NCBI GenBank assembly: GCA_025594325.1
Contig: JANHCV010000002.1
Span: forward strand, 2,170,001 to 2,234,000
DNA: 64,000 nucleotides
Direction: 5' to 3'
From: Blastocladiella emersonii ATCC 22665
Taxonomy: Eukaryota > Fungi > Blastocladiomycota
Part shown: positions 58,901 to 64,000 of the stretch, one piece after another
Layout: the number at the start of each line of letters is the position of its first letter
Numbering within the stretch: position 1 is the first letter of the stretch
Translations under genes and position numbers: made by a program
Notes under the pieces: generated by a model
What the model was told of the DNA's origin: nothing
Databases searched by the model: none
The model's input: the letters and a program-made list of their open reading frames with translations, nothing else

Positions 58901-61900
58901 AATCACCGTGGCGTGTTGCTTGAGACGGTCGGCGCTGCCTGCTTTGACCGCAAGATGGTGGCTTGGGTCCAGGTGGGTCTGGACAAGGCTGGCCGGGTCT
59001 TGCGGGCGGCGTGGCGCCCCTCTGAGGAAGCCATGGAAAAGTTTGCAAGGGGCGTTTCCGCCCGCCTAGCTGCGGCGGATCCCGCCGCTGCCCAAGTCTC
59101 CGTGGAGTCACAGTGGGACTGCATTTGTGACGCTCAGACCCACGTCGCCCTTAGCATCCATCTCCTACGCTACAGGGCGGATGGGAAACAAGCAAGGGCT
59201 AACAAAAACGATCGCTACGTACGTTCAGATCTACACGAGGCCAAGATGCAGCTCTTGTGGGAGTGGAAGCGCGCTGAGTTCGCTGAGCCAATGCCCGCCG
59301 TGGCCCACACGCTCGTTCAGGAGCTCAGACAGAACATGGAGGCGCTCCTCGCGCGGCCTCCCAAGTCGCAATTTCGGATGGCACGTACGCGCATCACCCA
59401 TGCTTGCGCCCGCAACGCCGCTGCCAAGGAGGAGGAGCGGATCCAGGCGGCGGTGCAGCAGCGCAAGCAGCTCTTCAGCAGCAATTTGCGCGTGGCGCTC
59501 AACTTGATCATGAGCCGCAAGCGTGTGAACGCGACCATTGACTTTTACCACGGCCCTGACGACAAGTCGACCATCCGCGATCCCATCAAGGTCAATCGGC
59601 GGGTCGCCCAGGAGGTGGGTGGCTGGTTTGACCGCGTGGACATTCCGCCGTTGTCTCCAGAGTGGGCCGCCGCTTTCGCCCCGCTCAAGCCCGTTGACCC
59701 GTCAATCTGGGACTCGCTGATGCTGCCCATCTTGGCAGACGAGCTGGACAACGCGCTCAAGGCGGTCCACCCCAATCGCGCGCCTGGCCCGTCCGGCATC
59801 ACATACCACTTCCTGCGTGACTCTGGTCCTCGCGCGTGGGCTGAGCTCTTGCACTTGTTCAACAATGTGCTCCGCACGGGCGTTGCGCCCCTGCAGTGGC
59901 ACAAAGGCTCCATCTACCTGATCCCCAAAACCAACGCAGGCTACACGGGCACCGCTGTGGCGATGCGGCCCATCACGCTCATGGAGACTGCGTCAAAGCT
60001 GTTCATGAAGATCCTTGTCTTGCACATTATGCCCGTGCTTGTCCAACATGACGTGCTGCGCGGCGCAAAGTACTCTGTTCTCCCTGGAACTGACACGGCT
60101 GTCCCAATCCAGCTCCTCTCGTCTGCCATTGACCACGCGCACGACATGGACCAGCCGCTGTACGTATACTTTGAGGATAAGAGCAAGGCGTTTGACACGG
60201 TGCCGCACCAGATCCTGCGGCTGGCGCTGCGCCGCATCCGCCTGCCTGAGCCGTTCGTTGAGTTGTACTGCACGCAGTTCCTTGAGGGTTGCACATTGCG
60301 CGTGATCACAGCGTATGGGCTCACTGAACCAATCCCGTGCCTGCGCGGCGTGCCCCAGGGCGCCGTTGAGTCTCCGCTAATGTGGTCCTGTCTCTACAAT
60401 CCCCTCCTTTGTCATGATTCACTTGTTTGCGCAACAGACGCATTCCCCCTCACTCCCTATGCAGGTCGTGGCAATTTCAAGACTGCGTTTGTTCCGTCAG
60501 GTTCCCTTCCGCGTAGGCGTCTTTTTCCAGGCAACGAGAACCGCTCGCTCATCAAGCTCAAGAACCTGTCGTTTGTGGACAACGCGGCCTTCTTTGCCTG
60601 CACACCGGAAGGTCTCCGCCGCACCGTCAGCGGCGTTGACTCTTTCAATTTGGCGTGCGGCATTCGCTCCAATGCCGCCAAGGGCGCGATCCTTGCAATT
60701 GGTGCAAAGCAGGCCCCCGTCATTGAGTCCAATGGCGTCGAGATACCAAGGATTTCGAGCGATGGAGCGTTTCGCTACCTGGGCGTCTTCCTCAATGGCT
60801 CGGGCAAGGGCGGACCGGCCATGTCGTCAATGAGGGAGACGTTTGGGCGCGCGATGCTCTCGCTGCAAAACAAGAAGACCACCGCCAAGATGGCCGTGTA
60901 CGTGCTCAACGCGGTCGTCTGGCCGGCCATGGTGTACCGCTTGCGCAATTTCGTTCCCAAGCTCCAGCACCTGCAAAAGTGGGACGCGTCCGCGCGTGCG
61001 CTGATCCGCAAGAAGCTGCACGTTGCGAGCGCGTTCCACGCCTCGGCGCTCCACCACCCTGACGTTCTTGCGCTCGCGTCCATCGAGGAGCAGGTGACGC
61101 GGTACCACATGAAGGCGGTGATTTCTTCTCTCAACCATCGCGACCTTACCATCCGAACGGCCGTCCGCTGCTCGCTCTCCGCTCTTCAGACTTATCTCAC
61201 GGTCCCTTACTCGCCGCTTGCCGTCCCTACCAGCAAGTGGACCGCGGAGGCGCCGTGCTACTTTGGTGGCCTGCTCAAACTCATGCGGGTCCGCCGCCTC
61301 GCAATTGCCGATCTTAGCGGCGAGTACACCATTGGCGACCCGACCACGGACTTGCCAATCCGCCAGCTTGTCCCGTGGGGCGCGATCCCGCTCACTGTCC
61401 GCCGAGCCATGCGCGGCTACTTCATATCGCGCATGTCACAGTTGATCGAGTCCCGCTCACTCTCAGATGGCATTGACTTTCGGTTTGCAGATCTCATGCT
61501 TTCTGGCCGCAACAATCCAGCAACCAAGGGTCGCAAGGACGTTCCAGATCGCACAAGCTTCATCAACCTTGCAGCTCAGCTCCTCCAAGTTTACCTCAAC
61601 GACACTCAAGCCCAACAACAGTGGGGCCCATGCGCAATGCAATGCGTGCGTGAGCCCTACCCAGGACCCCGCCACAACAATCAAGCAGTTCATCAAGCTC
61701 CAACCATCAACATCCGCAACGCCTTCACCTCTGGCCTCCGCGTGATGCAAGTCCTGGCTCAGGCGGGCCCGCTCGACCTCAATCCCGCGCTGGTGCCAGT
61801 CTTCACGGACGGCTCCATGGTGCCAGCCGCGGATGGGGCCAGGTCGTCCCGCCTTGGAGCGGGCGTGTGGTTCCCAACGCTTGGTGTCCGTCTGTCAGCG

Positions 61901-63400
61901 CGCGTCTCGCCTGGCGTAGCTTCTTCTACGCGAGCCAAGGCGTGGGCGATGGCGCTTGCGGTCGCCGCAGCACCACAGCGCTTGCGGATCCACATCTACT
62001 CTGACTCCCAGGCCACCATTGCAACGGCCATCCGCGTCACGTCGTTCCTTTCCTCCTCCTCGTCTGATTCTGGCTTTCCTTCTTCCCTCAGTTCTAGCGA
62101 TGCATGGTCGTTTGCAGTGGCGGCCGCGCGCGCCCGCCGTGTGACCTTTTTGCTCTCCTGGGTCCGCGGGCACGCGGGCGTTGAGGGGAATGAGATCGCC
62201 AACGAGCTCGCTGCTGATGGGGCCGGTCTGGCCCAAGAGCTCGTCCTCGCTCCCCCCTTCGCCAAACAGATCCGGTTAGATGTTCAGCATGTGTTGCACT
62301 TTGATGACGTTCCTGTTCCAATTCCCTCCACCGCGTTCCTCAAGTTCCTGTCCACTGCACGTTGCGAGGCCACCCTTCGCTCCAAGTCCTCTCTCCTCTC
62401 CTCCCTCCTCTCCTCCCCTGACCCCGAAGAGCACCCAGACATGACCGCGACCTCCATGGCCATTGGCTCCGGCTCCCGCCCGCTTGATAAGCGCACGTCC
62501 AGCGCAGCGAACCACAACATTGTCTACCGAGTGCGCCACCTGCTTGGGATCACACCCACTCGCTCACTACTGCACGCTCGCCACCCTACTCTAGTCACGT
62601 CACAGGTGTGTCCTAGGTGCCGAGCAGCCGACGACGACGGAAGTCACTGGATGATCTGCACAGGTAACGCCGCGGCTGTGTCCGCTGCGCTGGGCTCTGC
62701 CCAAAAGTCTGTTGAGCGCTTCGCTCGCCGCGCCGCCGCCTCTGTTGCCGCCGCAGCCGCCGCAAAACGACCACTTGAATCTTCTACTACACCACCAACA
62801 CCACCACCACCACCCGCTCCGTTTTCTCCTGTCCATGGCGAGGACCTCAGCACGCCCAGCTACACCATGGTCAGCAAGTCCGTTGCTGGCGCAACGCGGT
62901 CCCTTGCTTTGTTTGGCCGTCGCCTCCTCGCCTCCATCTGGCGCGACCCCGCCGCTCTGTCTCGCCTCGCCGGCTGCGTTGTACGCGCCTGCGACGTCGC
63001 CTTCGCCTCCCACTCGCTCCAACTCGACTGCGACCTTGCTTGACCCATCCTCGCAGCCATCACGTCCGTCGCCTCCCAATCCCTCTGGCGCGGCGCCTGG
63101 CTCTCTCACTCTGCTGGCTGCGCCAAGGCCAACCCACTCAATTTTTCTGAAGCTCCGCTGCGCAAGCCGCGTGAGCGGGCCCGCCGCCCATTTGGCCAGC
63201 CCATTGCCACACTCGAGTTCATCAACTGCCACCACTACTGCTCTCGCTGTCTGAGCTCGCTCCATTCCCACGTCCCCAACCCGTCTGGGCGTGAAGAAGA
63301 CCCGCCAGTGTGCCCACCGTCCACCGCGGCCCAGGCGGCTCTTGTTGCAGATCCCTCTGTCCAACTTTGGCTGCTCGGTTCCCCAAGGCACATCCAGTGA
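56000..63400 (+). mobile_element. Near full-length LINE: ORF1-like gag (RRM + CCHC + coiled coil), APE endonuclease, reverse transcriptase, RNase H, Cys/His tail; probably inactive
   Basis: CFTCGDATHLAAAC knuckle. APE: QNV, ISETR, SVYFPP, GGDLN, RLDLMF. RT: APGPSG, RPITLMET, DKSKAFD, GVPQG, FVDN. RNase H: FTDGS, SDSQA, WVRGHAG. The frame stays open for 119 codons past the TGA at 63041, to TGA 63398-63400. Confidence 0.93.
58103..58123 (+). repeat. G21 homopolymer at the LINE ORF1/ORF2 junction
   Basis: 21 consecutive G, 13 nt upstream of TAATG (58137-58141). Confidence 0.9.
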
Positions 63401-64000
63401 TGTGACTAGACCAAAGATCGGCGCAGTTGATGCAAGTCCAGCAGCACCAGGTGTTTGCGCGCAGTACTGACTCATCCACTTTCTCTCGTTCTGACAACAA
63501 TGAAACGCATGATCCGCCACTGAATGGCGCTGACGCACAGAAGAAAAAGAAGGAGAAAAACAAAAAGAAAAGAAACGCGAAAGAAGAACGTCCGCACAAA
63601 AAGATGGAAAAACATCTGACGAACCTCACAGGCTGTGCCCAATACCACAGCACTGCCACTGGTCCATTGGCATGTCCTCGCGCTTTAGCTGGTCACGCCA
63701 GCGTGTCTCTCTGCTCGGTCTCTCTTTACTGCTCTTCGTTCGCTCTCTTAGCTCGCTGCTCAAGCTCGCTCTCTCTTCGCCTCGTTTGCCAATCTCTCTT
63801 GTACTCCCCTCTCCTCCCACAATTCTTCCCCCTATGCTCCTCGACGTGCACGGTCCGGGCTTGTCGTACTGCGGCTTGCCCACAAAAAGGCTACTGCCCG
63901 TTGCACAGTGGATATTCTGCTTGCAGTTCACAACCGCTGTTAAGGAATAAATGCATTGGTCCCAAAAAAACCATCGCGGCCAAAACTGCCCTTCGCACAT

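Noticed and set aside
33970-63043. Stop-codon recoding to explain in-frame TAA/TGA in relics and the LINE tail
   Set aside because: All intact genes use standard stops, and the interrupted frames also carry frameshifts or missense decay, consistent with pseudogenisation.
63539-63612. A-rich tract as the LINE poly(A) tail
   Set aside because: It is a mixed A/G purine tract; no matching target-site duplication was found at the 5' side, so the element ends remain undefined.

Overview
GC-rich eukaryotic genomic DNA, most likely from an early-diverging (Blastocladiomycota/chytrid-like) fungus. This is inferred from Tup1, a Gti1/Pac2 WOPR factor, a fungal Tps2, a retained FERRY3/C12orf4 homologue and short (mostly about 54-70 nt) GT..AG introns, often with GTRCGY donors and CTRAC/CTCAC branch sites. 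The window has two compartments. Bases 1-27.5 kb are gene-dense and intact: a WD40 protein, NAA20, a 1674-aa redox fusion, a COG2907-type flavoprotein, TUP1, FERRY3-UBA, TPS2 and a membrane RING-H2 ligase. Bases 27.5-64 kb hold only three clearly intact genes (a Gly/Tyr repeat protein, a WOPR factor and one CHASE-PAS receptor) among pseudogene relics, a decayed Helitron and two LINE families. Highlights: (1) a single-chain 'pseudo-peroxidase + DOMON + cytochrome b561 + cytochrome b5 + FAD/NAD(P)H reductase' protein that looks like a complete trans-membrane electron wire with DUOX-like logic; (2) a three-copy family of TM-CHASE-TM-PAS receptors whose histidine-kinase module lacks the phospho-His and the N-box Asn; (3) a 7.4-kb LINE whose ORF1/ORF2 fusion hangs on a G21 run just upstream of a TAATG stop-start, and whose catalytic lesions are CpG transitions. 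All domain calls are by-eye motif recognition; no searches were run. No tRNA, rRNA or CRISPR array was recognised.
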